Source: Eledone cirrhosa
Lineage: Eukaryota
Direction: 5' to 3'
Assembly: GCA_964016885.1 (NCBI GenBank)
Contig: OZ024744.1
Span: 104,036,001-104,100,000, forward strand
Length of the DNA stretch: 64,000 bases
In this document: piece after piece, positions 42,800 through 55,120 of the stretch
Layout: each line of letters opens with the position of its first letter
Numbering within the stretch: the first letter of the stretch is position 1
Program-made: the position numbers and the translations under genes
The notes under the pieces: generated by a model
Database searches by the model: none
Told to the model about the DNA's origin: nothing
What the model saw: the letters and a program-made list of their open reading frames with translations, nothing else

Positions 42800-45700
42800 C
42801 AGCTATACTAGTGTCATGTCCAGCTATACTAGTGTCATGTCCAGCTATAGTAGTGTCATGTCCAGCTATACTAGTGTCATGTCCACCTATACTAGTGTCA
42901 TGTCCAGCTATAGTAGTGTCATGTCCAGCTATACTAGTGTCATGTCCAGCTATACTAATGTCATGTCCAGCTATACTAGTGTCATGTCCAGCTATAACTT
43001 GTGTCATGTCCACCTATACTAGTGTCATGTCCAGCTATACTAGTGTCATGTCCAGCTATACTAGTGTCATGTCCACCTATACTAGTGTCATCTCTACCTA
43101 TACTAGTGTCATGTCCAGCTATACTAGTGTCATGTCCACCTATACTAGTGTCATGTCCAGCTATACTAGTGTCATGTCCAGCTATAGTAGTGTCATGTCC
43201 ACCTATACTAGTGTCATGTCCAGCTATACTAGTGTCATGTCCAGCTATACTAGTGTCATGTCCACCTATACTAGTGTCAGGTTCAGCTATACTAGTGTCA
43301 TGTCCAGCTATACTAGTGTCATGTCCACCTATACTAGTGTCATGTCCAGCTAAACTAGTGTCATGTCCAGCTATACTAGTGTCATGTCCAGCTATACTAG
43401 TGTCATGTCCAGCTGTACTAGTGTCATGTCCACCTATTCTAGTGTCATGTCCAGCTATACTAATGTCATGTCCAGCTATACTAGTGTCATGTCCAGCTAT
43501 ACTAGTGTCATGTCCAGCTATACTAGTGTCATGTCCACCTATACTAGTGTCATGTCCAGCTATACTAGTGTCATGTCCACCTATACTAGCGTCATGTCCA
43601 GCTAAACTAGTGTCATGTCCAGCTATACTAGCGTCATATCCAGCTATACTAGTGTCATGTCCACCTATACTAGTGTCAGGTTCAGCTATACTAGTGTCAT
43701 GTCCAGCTATACTAGTGTCATGTCCACCTATACTAGTGTCATGTCCAGCTATACTAGTGTCATGTCCAGCTATACTAGTGTCATGTCCACCTATACTAGT
43801 GTCATGTCCACCTATACTAGTGTCATGTCCAGCTATACTAGTGTCATGTCCACCTATACTAGTGTCATGTCCACCTATACTAGTGTCATGTCCAGCTATA
43901 CTAGTGTCATGTCCACCTATACTAGTGTCATGTCCAGCTATACTAGTGTCATGTCCAGCTGTACTAGTGTCATGTCCACCTATACTAGTGTCATGTCCAG
44001 CTATACTAGTGTCATGTCCAGCTATACTAGTGTCATGTCCACCTGTACTAGTGTCATGTCCACCTATACTAGTGTCATGTCCACCTATACTAGTGTCATG
44101 TCCAGCTATACTAGTGTCATGTCCAGCTATACTAGTGTCATGTCCAACTATACTAGTGTCATGTCCAGCTATACTAGTGTCATGTCCAGCTATACTAGTG
44201 TCATGTCCAGCTATACTAGTGTCATGTCTAGCTATACTAGTGTCATGTCCACCTATACTAGTGTCATGTCCACCTATAGTGTCATGTCCAGCTATACTAC
44301 TGTTATGTCCAGCTATACTAGTGTCATGTCCAGCTATACTAGTGTCATGTCCAGCTATACTAGTGTCATGTCCAGCTATAGTAGTGTCATGTCCACCTAT
44401 ACTAGTATCATGTCCAGCTATACTAGTGTCATGTCCAGCTATACTAGTGTCATGTCCACCTATAGTGTCATGTCCACCTATACTAGTGTCATGTCCAGCT
44501 ATACTAGTGTCATGTCCAGCTATACTAGTGTCATATCCAGCTATACTAGTGTCATGTCCACCTATACTAGTGTCATGTCCAGCTATACTAGTGTCATGTC
44601 CACCTATACTAGTGTCATGTCCAGCTAAACTAGTGTCAAGTCCAGCTATACTAGTGTCATATCCAGCTATACTAGTGTCATGTCCACCTATACTAGTGTC
44701 AGGTTCAGCTATACTAGTGTCATGTCCAGCTAAACTAGTGTCATGCCCAGCTGTACTAGTGTCATGTCCACCTATACTAGTGTCATGTCCAGCTATACTA
44801 GTGTCATGTCCAGCTATACTAGTGTCATGTCCACCTATACTACTGTCATGTCCACCTATACTAGTGTCATGTCCAGCTATACTAGTGTCATGTCCACCTA
44901 TACTAGTGTCATGTCCACCTATACTAGTGTCATGTCCAGCTATACTAGTGTCATGTCCACCTATACTAGTGTCATGTCCAGCTATACTATTGTCATGTCC
45001 AGCTGTACTAGTGTCATGTCCACCTATACTAGTGTCATGTCCAGCTATACTAGTGTCATGTCCAGCTATACTAGTGTCATGTCCACCTGTACTAGTGTCA
45101 TGTCCACCTATACTAGTGTCATGTCCAGCTATACTAGTGTCATGTCCAGCTATACTAGTGTCATGTCCAGCTATACTAGTGTCATGTCCAACTATACTAG
45201 TGTCATGTCCAGCTATACTAGTGTCATGTCCAGCTATACTAGTGTCATGTCCAGCTATACTAGTGTCATGTCTAGCTATACTAGTGTCATGTCCACCTAT
45301 ACTAGTGTCATGTCCACCTATAGTGTCATGCCCAGCTATACTACTGTCATGTCCAGCTATACTAGTGTCATGTCCACCTATACTAGAGCCATGTCCAGCT
45401 ATACTAGTGTCATGTCCAGCTATACTAGTGTCATTTCCACCTATACTAGAGCCATGTCCAGCTATACTAGTGTCATGTCCAGCTATACTAGTGTCATGTC
45501 CAGCTATAGTAGTGTCATGTCCACCTATACTAGTATCATGTCCAGCTATACTAGTGTCATGTCCACCTATACTACTGTCATGTCCAGCTATACTAGTGTC
45601 ATGTCCAGCTATACTAGTGTCATGTCCACCTATAGTGTCATGTCCACCTATACTAGTGTCATGTCCAGCTATACTAGTGTCATGTCCAGCTATACTAGTG

Positions 45701-48700
45701 TCATGTCCAGCTATACTACTGTCATGTCCAGCTATACTAGTGTCATGTCCACCTATACTAGTGTCATGTCCACCTATAGTGTCATGTCCACCTATAGTAG
45801 TGTCATGTCCAGCTATACTAGTGTCATGTCCAGCTATACTATTGTCATGTCCAGCTATACTAGTGTCATGTCCAGCTATACTAGTGTCATGTCCAGCTAT
45901 ACTAGTGTCATGTCCACCTATAGTGTCATGTCCACCTATACTAGTGTCATGTCCAGCTATACTAGTGTCATGTCCAGCTATACTAGTGTCATGTCCAGCT
46001 ATACTAGTGTCATGTCCACCTATACTAGTGTCATGTCCAGCTATACTATTGTCATGTCCACCTATACTAGTGTCATGTCCAGCTATACTAGTGTCATGTC
46101 CAGCTATACTAGTGTCATGTCCAGCTATACTAGTGTCATGTCCACCTATACTAGTGTCATGTCCAGCTATACTAGTGTCATGTCCACCTATACTATTGTC
46201 ATGTCCAGCTATACTAGTGTCATGTCCAGCTATAGTAGTGTCATGTCCAGCTATACTAGTGTCATGTCCACCTATACTAGTGTCATGTCCAGCTATAGTA
46301 GTGTCATGTCCAGCTATACTAGTGTCATGTCCAGCTATACTAATGTCATGTCCAGCTATACTAGTGTCATGTCCAGCTATAACTTGTGTCATGTCCACCT
46401 ATACTAGTGTCATGTCCAGCTATACTAGTGTCATGTCCAGCTATACTAGTGTCATGTCCACCTATACTAGTGTCATCTCTACCTATACTAGTGTCATGTC
46501 CAGCTATACTAGTGTCATGTCCACCTATACTAGTGTCATGTCCAGCTATACTAGTGTCATGTCCAGCTATAGTAGTGTCATGTCCACCTATACTAGTGTC
46601 ATGTCCAGCTATACTAGTGTCATGTCCAGCTATACTAGTGTCATGTCCACCTATACTAGTGTCAGGTTCAGCTATACTAGTGTCATGTCCAGCTATACTA
46701 GTGTCATGTCCACCTATACTAGTGTCATGTCCAGCTAAACTAGTGTCATGTCCAGCTATACTAGTGTCATGTCCAGCTATACTAGTGTCATGTCCAGCTG
46801 TACTAGTGTCATGTCCACCTATTCTAGTGTCATGTCCAGCTATACTAATGTCATGTCCAGCTATACTAGCGTCATGTCCAGCTAAACTAGTGTCATGTCC
46901 AGCTATACTAGTGTCATGTCCAGCTATACTAGTGTCATGTCTAGCTATACTAGTGTCATGTTCACCTATACTAGTGTCATGTCCACCTATACTAGTGTCA
47001 TGTCCAGCTATACTATTGTCATGTCCACCTATACTAGTGTCATGTCCAGCTATACTAGTGTCATGTCCACCTATACTAGTGTCATGTCCACCTATACTAG
47101 TGTCCATGTCCACCTATAGTGTCATGTCCACCTATACTAGTGTCATGTCCAGCTATACTAGTGTCATGTCCAGCTATACTAGTGTCATGTCCAGCTATAC
47201 TAGTGTCATGTCCACCTATACTAGTGTCATGTCCAGCTATACTAGTGTCATGTCCACCTATACTAGTGTCATGTCCAGCTAAACTAGTGTCAAGTCCAGC
47301 TATACTAGTGTCATATCCAGCTATACTAGTGTCATGTCCACCTATACTAGTGTCAGGTTCAGCTATACTAGTGTCATGTCCAGCTAAACTAGTGTCATGC
47401 CCAGCTGTACTAGTGTCATGTCCACCTATACTAGTGTCATGTCCAGCTATACTAGTGTCATGTCCAGCTATACTAGTGTCATGTCCACCTATACTACTGT
47501 CATGTCCACCTATACTAGTGTCATGTCCAGCTATACTAGTGTCATGTCCACCTATACTAGTGTCATGTCCACCTATACTAGTGTCATGTCCAGCTATACT
47601 AGTGTCATGTCCACCTATACTAGTGTCATGTCCAGCTATACTAGTGTCATGTCCAGCTGTACTAGTGTCATGTCCACCTATACTAGTGTCATGTCCACCT
47701 ATACTAGTGTCATGTCCACCTATACTAGTGTCATGTCCACCTATACTAGTGTCCATGTCCACCTATACTAGTGTCATGTCCACCTATACTAGTGTCATGT
47801 CCAGCTATACTAGTGTCATGTCCAGCTATACTAGTGTCATGTCCAACTATACTAGTGTCATGTCCAGCTATACTAGTGTCGTGTCCAGCTATACTAGTGT
47901 CATGTCCAGCTATACTAGTGTCATGTCTAGCTATACTAGTGTCATGTCCACCTATACTAGTGTCATGTCCACCTATAGTGTCATGCCCAGCTATACTACT
48001 GTCATGTCCAGCTATACTAGTGTCATGTCCACCTATACTAGAGCCATGTCCAGCTATACTAGTGTCATGTCCAGCTATACTAGTGTCATGTTCACCTATA
48101 CTAGAGCCATGTCCAGCTATACTAGTGTCATGTCCAGCTATACTAGTGTCATGTCCAGCTATAGTAGTGTCATGTCCACCTATACTAGTATCATGTCCAG
48201 CTATACTAGTGTCATGTCCACCTATACTACTGTCATGTCCAGCTATACTAGTGTCATGTCCAGCTATACTAGTGTCATGTCCACCTATAGTGTCATGTCC
48301 ACCTATACTAGTGTCATGTCCAGCTATACTAGTGTCATGTCCAGCTATACTAGTGTCATGTCCAGCTATACTACTGTCATGTCCAGCTATACTAGTGTCA
48401 TGTCCACCTATACTAGTGTCATGTCCACCTATAGTGTCATGTCCACCTATAGTAGTGTCATGTCCAGCTATACTAGTGTCATGTCCAGCTATACTATTGT
48501 CATGTCCAGCTATACTAGTGTCATGTCCAGCTATACTAGTGTCATGTCCAGCTATACTAGTGTCATGTCCACCTATAGTGTCATGTCCACCTATACTAGT
48601 GTCATGTCCAGCTATACTAGTGTCATGTCCAGCTATACTAGTGTCATGTCCAGCTATACTAGTGTCATGTCCACCTATACTAGTGTCATGTCCAGCTATA

Positions 48701-48860
48701 CTATTGTCATGTCCACCTATACTAGTGTCATGTCCAGCTATACTAGTGTCATGTCCAGCTATACTAGTGTCATGTCCAGCTATACTAGTGTCATGTCCAC
48801 CTATACTAGTGTCATGTCCAGCTATACTAGTGTCATGTCCACCTATACTATTGTCATGTC
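42800..48860. repeat. Distal satellite domain with 3385-bp and 2654/2655-bp offset duplications and 18-bp deletion monomers
   Basis: The ATAACTTGTG marker occurs at ~42999 and ~46384 (+3385). CATGCCCAG markers occur at ~44746/~47400 and 45331/47986. 18-bp monomers appear only from ~44270 onward. Confidence 0.8.
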
Positions 48861-49508
48861 CAGCTATACTAGTGTCATGTCCACCTATACTAGTGTCATG
48901 TCCAGCTATACTAGTGTCATGTCCACCTATACTATTGTCATGTCCAGCTATACTAGTGTCATGTCCACCTATACTATTGTCATGTCCAGCTATACTAGTG
49001 TCATGTCCACCTATAGTAGTGTCATGTCCACCTATACTAGTGTCATCTCTACCTATACTAGTGTCATGTCCAGCTATACTAGTGTCATGTCCAGCTATAC
49101 TAGTGTCATGTCCAGCTATACTAGTGTCATGTCCAGCTATACTAGTGTCATGTCCACCTATACTATTGTCATGTCCAGCTATACTAGTGTCATGTCCACC
49201 TATACTAGTGTCATGTCCACCTATACTAGTGTCATGTCCACCTATACTAGTGTCATGTCCACCTATACTAGTATCATGTCCAGCTATACTAGTGTCATGT
49301 CCAGCTATACTAGTGTCATGTCCACCTATACTAGTGTCATGTCCACCTATACTAGTGTCATGTCCACCTATACTAGTGTCATGTCCACCTATACTAGTAT
49401 CATGTCCAGCTATACTATTGTCATGTCCAGCTATACTAGTGTCATGTCCAGCTATACTAGTGTCATGTCCACCTATACTATTGTCATGTCCAGCTATACT
49501 AGAGTCAT

Positions 49509-49629
49509 ATATATATATATATATATATTTATAACATCACAAAATTCATCTGATATATATACATCTACTATCTTTATATATATTTATTAAATCTACTATA
49601 CTTATCCATATAATTATTATATCTACTAA

Positions 49630-49672
<43 letters not shown>

Positions 49673-49702
49673 ATATCGAATATGCTGCGATATTGATCGC
49701 AG

Positions 49703-49757
<55 letters not shown>
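49509..49757. repeat. (TA)n/(GA)n microsatellite mosaic at the satellite edge
   Basis: Visible TA and GA runs with ATCTACTA spacers. Confidence 0.9.
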
Positions 49758-49758
<1 letters not shown>

Positions 49759-50108
49759 GAGGCTCATGGCTTAGTGGTTAGAGCATTGGCCTTGCAATAG
49801 AAAGGTTGTGATTTCAATTCTCAGACCGGGTGATGTGTTGTTTCCTTGAGCAAGACACTTTATTTCACATTGCTCCAGTTTATTCAGCTGTAGAAATTTA
49901 GATGATAGGACCGGGGTCCCTATCATACTCTGTAAAGTGGACGTGTAGGCACCACGGAAAAAAAAGCACCCAGCACTCACTGTAAATGATGTTGGTGTTA
50001 GGAAGGGCATCCAGCTGTAGAAATCAAGCCAGAATCAGTTCCCGTCCCACCCTTGCAAGCAGGGAAAAGCGGACGTAAAAGGATGATGATGATGATGATG
50101 ATGATGAT
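49758..50108 (+). mobile_element. tRNA-derived SINE family A, full length (CORE-like centre, LINE-type tail, (GAT)n end)
   Basis: Box A TGGCTTAGTGG, degenerate box B GATTTCAATTC, CORE-like CCTTGAGCAAGACACTT, tail GTTAGGAAGGGCATCCAGCTGTAGAAA...(GAT)n. Close match to the copies at 51273, 52581, 55410 and 57299. Confidence 0.9.
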
Positions 50109-50495
<387 letters not shown>

Positions 50496-51112
50496 TCTTT
50501 GCATATTTGTATCTTGATGCTTGTAACAACATCTATATTCCTGAAGATATGTAGAGCAGCAGGCCAGTGTATATATATATTGAGGTATCTCCAGGCAACG
50601 AAATCAGGTGACAGTAAGACGATAGGAAATTTAGAAAGAGACATAAAAATGCATAAAAAGAAAACCAGAGATGGAGTTACATTGGAAGAGATTTATTGGT
50701 CCCTATACTATATTTCAGAATTCACATCCATCGACATGGGTTTACAAAGGGAAATAGATATGTCGGGGAAGGGAACAATGTGGCGGTTTCTCTCCGACTG
50801 ATATTGCGCGTCAGAGACTATTCTCCATCCGGGCTCGCACATGCAATATCGGTGCAGTCATTCAAAGTTCATTAGATTTAGTAGTAGTTGTCATTAAGGT
50901 GTGGGATGGTAGCTTTGCACGCAAACACACTATTGTTGCCAATTCCTTGTGTTCTGGTAATTGTAGGTAGGTAGGTGTAAGTTGGTGACAGATGTAGTAG
51001 TGCCTGTCCGTTTGCTGTTTGCTAGTAAGTCATTAGGTGAGTGATATATACAAGATGCAATAACATTTGCTCATCTGTTATTGTGTGAGTGTGTGTGTCG
51101 TCATCGTTCAAT

Positions 51113-51199
51113 TTAAACCTTCCGCTTGGATCTGTTGTTGATTGGTGGTTCCAGTTGTTTTATCGAAAGGGCCTCTTTGATCCTTGATCCGTTCAGTTT
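51113..51199 (-). pseudogene. C-terminal fragment of a Penelope-like element GIY-YIG endonuclease
   Basis: Manual minus-strand translation gives KLNGSRIKEALSIKQLEPPINNRSKRKV*, matching the IKEAxxIxxxxPxxN end motif of Penelope-like GIY-YIG domains. It is 5'-truncated against (TA)n. Bases 50495-51112 may be its 3' region. Confidence 0.6.
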
Positions 51200-51224
51200 A
51201 TAATATATATATAAACATTTATAT

Positions 51225-51692
51225 ATATATATGTACCCACCAGTTTTGGTGGACCAATATTTATATATATATGGAGGCACATGGCTTAGTGGTTAGAGCA
51301 TTGGCCTTGCAATCGAAAGGTTGTGAGTTCAATTCTCAGACCGGGTAATGTGTTGTTTCCTTGAGCAAGACACTTTATTTCACATTGCTCCAGTTTACTC
51401 AGCTGTAGAAATGAGATGATAGGGACTGGGGTCCCTATCATTCCACTGCAAAGTGGTCGTGGAGGTGCCACGACAAAAAAGCACCCAGCACTCACTGTAA
51501 ATGAGGTTGGTGTTAGGAAGGGCATTCAGCTGTAGAAATCAAGCCAGAATCAGTTCCCGTCCCACCCTTGCAAGCAGGGAAAGGCGGACATAAAATGAAA
51601 TGATGATGATGATGATGATGATATATATGTACCCACCAGCTTTGGTGGACCAATATTTATATATATATGTACCCACCAGTTTTGGTGGACTA
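51225..51692. repeat. 40-bp hairpin-containing unit, 3 copies (one before and two after SINE A copy 2)
   Basis: ATATATATGTACCCACCAGTTTTGGTGGACCAATATTTAT at ~51225, 51621 and 51661 (the last is partial). It contains the inverted pair CCACCA-GTTT-TGGTGG. Confidence 0.85.
51273..51622 (+). mobile_element. tRNA-derived SINE family A, full length
   Basis: GGAGGCACATGGCTTAGTGG head, box B GAGTTCAATTC, 11-bp internal hairpin at 51416-51441, tail hairpin at 51566-51579, (GAT)n end. Confidence 0.93.
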
Positions 51693-52029
51693 ATAACATT
51701 GTTAAAACTCAATACAGTCATGAAGAAATTATTTCAAGAGATCATGCAGTGAGAGCTAAAGTTTTTGTAGTAGGCTTTCACCACATAAAGAAGATGGTGA
51801 GAATGATCTAGAATATTGAGACTAGAAATAGGAGGTGATATAACTACTATCAATTCATCAATATATCGATCTATCATGATCAATCAACCCTCTGAAATGA
51901 TTGTAAAACAACAAACTAATTAAGAACCTGTCTTTGCCTCTTTATTTTCATTATTCAATGTGGAACTACTTCTACTAATCTCGACCCATGGACTGAATGC
52001 TTTACCACTACAGATATAATCCCCCAGTG

Positions 52030-52038
52030 TTTTACTAT

Positions 52039-52122
<84 letters not shown>
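52030..52122. repeat. (GT)n microsatellite
   Basis: Perfect GT run. Confidence 0.98.
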
Positions 52123-52123
<1 letters not shown>

Positions 52124-52580
52124 TATACTATATATATATCACCCTGAACTTTTCTAGTCATTAGCAATTGACTGTCTGTCTATCTTGCATTCCACACTGA
52201 AGACATATATTTCAACTCACCTCTCTCCTTAAAGTCCTAATTTCGAGAAATTCCAATGTACACAACCCCTTTTAATCCTTTTACTTGTTTTATACTACCT
52301 CTGATAATACAAAACACCACATAGGTTTTACCCAGATAAGATCATCTTATCGCTGCCTAATCAACGTAAACCATTATATACTATCTTACTTGAAAGTAAC
52401 AACCTTCTTCAGGAACCATTTCATGTTTCAAATCGTCTCAATGTGTGGAACAATGCCAATTCTATACTAACATAGGTATGCTAAGAACTAAATACACAGC
52501 TCTAGATATATTACTGTACAGAGATGCTGTCACTTTGCTGTCTCTCGCAATACTCATGTCCATTTGATATATATATCTAT

Positions 52581-52923
52581 GGAGGCACATGGCTTAGTGG
52601 TTAGAGCATTGGCCTTGCAATCGAAAGGTTGTGAGTTCAATTCTCAGACCGAGGTGATGTGTTGTTTCCTTGAGCAAGACACTTTATTTCACATTGCTCC
52701 AGTTTACTCAGCTGTAGAAATGAGATGATAGGGAGTGGGGTCCCTATCATTCCACTGCAAAGTGGTCGTGGAGGTGCCACGGCAAAAAAGCACCCAGCAC
52801 TCACTGTAAATGAGGTTGGTGTTAGGAAGGGCATCCAGCTGTAGAACTCAAGCCAGCATCAGTTCCCGTCCCACCATTGCAAGCAGGGAAAAGCGGACAT
52901 AAAATGAAATAATGAAATGATGA
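52581..52923 (+). mobile_element. tRNA-derived SINE family A, full length
   Basis: Same head, boxes, centre and tail as 51273-51622. Ends in (AATGA)n-like repeats. Confidence 0.93.
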
Positions 52924-53054
52924 AGAGGCTTCATAACTAATTTTAAGGAGTTTGGCCTGAAATATTAACACAGTTTATTTTCTTGAACATTTCATTTGAT
53001 CAATGAGAAACTAATGTACATAAAGAGAACATGGACTCTTCCTTCCACTCCAGT

Positions 53055-53181
53055 TATCATCATTACCATCATCATCACCACCATCATCACCATCATTGTC
53101 ATCATCATCATCACCATTATCACCATTATTACCACCATCACCATTATTACCATCATCACCATCACCATCACTATCACCACC

Positions 53182-53236
<55 letters not shown>

Positions 53237-53657
53237 CCACCAATATCATGATCATCATCATTATCATTACCATCATCGCCGTCATAATCATCATCATCAC
53301 CATCATCATCATTATCATCACCATCACCATCATTATCATCACCATCATTATCATCATCATCATCACCATCATAATCATCATCATTACCATCACAATCATT
53401 ATCATCATCATCATCACCATCATAATCATCACCATCACCATCACAATCATTATCATCATCATCACCATCACCATCATTATCATCATCATCACCACAATAT
53501 CATGATCATCATCATTATCATCATTACCATCATCATCACCATCATCATCATCACCAGCATCATCATCACCACCAATATCATGATCACCACCATCATCACC
53601 ACCACATCATCACCATCATCATCATCATCATTATCATCACCACCACCACCACCATTG

Positions 53658-53709
<52 letters not shown>

Positions 53710-53767
53710 TGTCATTATTATCATCATCACCACCATCATCACCACCACCATCGCCACCACCACCACC

Positions 53768-53798
<31 letters not shown>

Positions 53799-53880
53799 CC
53801 ATCATCGTCATCATCATCATCATCACAATCATCATCACCATCACCACAATCATCATCAACATCATCATCAACATCATCGC
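53055..53880. repeat. Compound (CAT/CAC)n trinucleotide microsatellite, about 830 bp
   Basis: Interspersed CAT, CAC and TAT triplets. These produce the poly-His, poly-Ile and poly-Asp ORFs. Confidence 0.97.
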
Positions 53881-54270
53881 TGTCTAACATACATACATAC
53901 ACACATACACACATATACATAGAAACATATGCCCCCCCCCCCCCCATATTTTTTATTCTTTCCCTGTACTCATCCACTGGACTGCCATCAATGGCTTCTA
54001 ATTGATTATATCAATCAGAGGACTTTGAAACTTATTTTATTGATTTTGTAATGATCAAAAAGGCAAAGTGACCTACCTGGACTGTAAAGGGATGTAAAGA
54101 TACATAACTGTTATGAAAGCAAACACCACAAGGCACTTTTGTGTACGTGAGCCTGTGGTGCCAGTGCAGGAGTGCAGGATGACCAGTATGGAAACTCCAT
54201 ATCCCCTGCCACGCGCAGACGCATATGGTAAGGCACACCCATCTGTACCTTCCAAGTGTACCTATGTGGG

Positions 54271-54331
<61 letters not shown>

Positions 54332-54335
<4 letters not shown>

Positions 54336-54568
54336 TCATCATCATCGTTTAACATCCATTTTCCATGCTAGCATGGGTTAGACGGGAGTTGTCCCACTTG
54401 AGGCAAGGTTGGTCGGGTGACCGTGTCTCGCTCATATAGGTCTATCTGGCAGGTTTTCTACGGCTGGATGTCCTTCCTAACACCAACCACATTTACAGTG
54501 TGGAACTGGGAACTTTTTACCGTGTTACCTACATGGCCACATTACAGCGTGGACTGTGTGTTTTTTTT
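54332..54568 (-). mobile_element. 3' UTR fragment of the RTE/RTEX-type LINE, 5'-truncated
   Basis: Reverse complement aligns with ~62400-62635 (CACACAGTCCACGCTGTAATGTGGCC...GTTAGGAAGG...TTGCCTCAAGTGGGAC...CCATGCTAGCATGG...(GAT)n). The tail abuts (TA)n at 54274-54331. Confidence 0.8.
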
Positions 54569-55120
54569 TTTGTTATACTTGGGGAGGGTCATATTGTTGT
54601 AATAATATTGTTTCTACTTTTGGCACAAGGCCAGCAAATACCCAGTGTATTACTGGTACTTTATTTTATCGACCCTGTAAGGATGAAAGGCAAAGTTAAC
54701 CTCGGCGGCATTTGAACTCAGAATGGCAAGGGCCGTAACTCTATGCGTCAAAGCATGGCGTCCGACCCTCTACCGATACTGCCATTGCCAGAAATAATAA
54801 CAGAACACACTCACTGTTTGGTTGGTTTTCGCTTCTGTATCTTTTATATCTCCACAGTTAATTCGTTCGGTCCTCAATGTTTACCACATATATATATATA
54901 TATAAAGTCTAACTTTGTTAGACTATATATATGTGTTTATATCTATATTATATCTGTATTTTTGACCGTTGGTCAGTCAATGGTAAACATTGAGGACCGA
55001 ATGAATTAAGTGTGGAGATATAAAATATACAGAAGCGAAAACCAACCAAACAGTGAGTGTGTTCTGTTATTATTTCTGGCAATATTATTACAACAATATG
55101 ACCCTCCACAAGTATAACAA
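54569..55120. repeat. Long inverted repeat (arms about 140 bp); the left arm is split by a SINE
   Basis: 54569-54610 plus 54788-54886 is the reverse complement of 54981-55120, with few mismatches. The spacer contains (TA)n and a small hairpin. Confidence 0.9.
54611..54789 (-). mobile_element. tRNA-derived SINE family B with a Meta-domain-like centre
   Basis: Minus strand shows box A-like TGGCAGTATCGG and box B GAGTTCAAATGC, then CCGAGGTTAACTTTGCCTTTCATCCTTACAGGGTCGATAAAATAAAGTACCAG, which resembles (from memory) the MetaSINE central domain. It is absent from the opposite arm of the inverted repeat. Confidence 0.7.

Larger units (their letters stand above)
1..49508. repeat. 21-bp satellite DNA array, consensus GTCCA(G/C)CTATACTAGTGTCAT, about 2350 monomers; runs off the left edge of the window
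   Basis: Directly visible head-to-tail tandem array, uninterrupted from base 1 to the last unit (...CTATACTAGAGTCAT, 49508), then (TA)n. Recurrent variants include 22-bp (TATAACTAG), 18-bp (CTATAGTGTC), TAGTAG, TACTATT, TACTACT and TAGAGCC monomers. Confidence 0.99.

Noticed and set aside
15-49590. Long ORFs with (SCPAILV)n, (MSSYTSV)n and (AGHDTSI)n repeats; the last resembles ice-nucleation or antifreeze-type repeats
   Set aside because: The monomer is a multiple of 3 and stop-free in three frames at once. Frames are broken repeatedly by 22-bp monomers, and there is no unique N- or C-terminal domain or sign of codon-position constraint.
50535-50620. CTGAAGA...CGAAA-TCAGGTGA as a hammerhead
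   Set aside because: No convincing stem I or stem II, and no UH at the cleavage position.
52992-54005. Poly-His, poly-Asp, poly-Ile and poly-Met ORFs
   Set aside because: These are translations of a (CAT/CAC)n microsatellite.
54363-54385. Weak similarity of the 21-bp monomer to the LINE tail (GTCTAACCCATGCTAGCAT)
   Set aside because: Only about 13 of 19 positions match, with a gap. That is too short to support a derivation.
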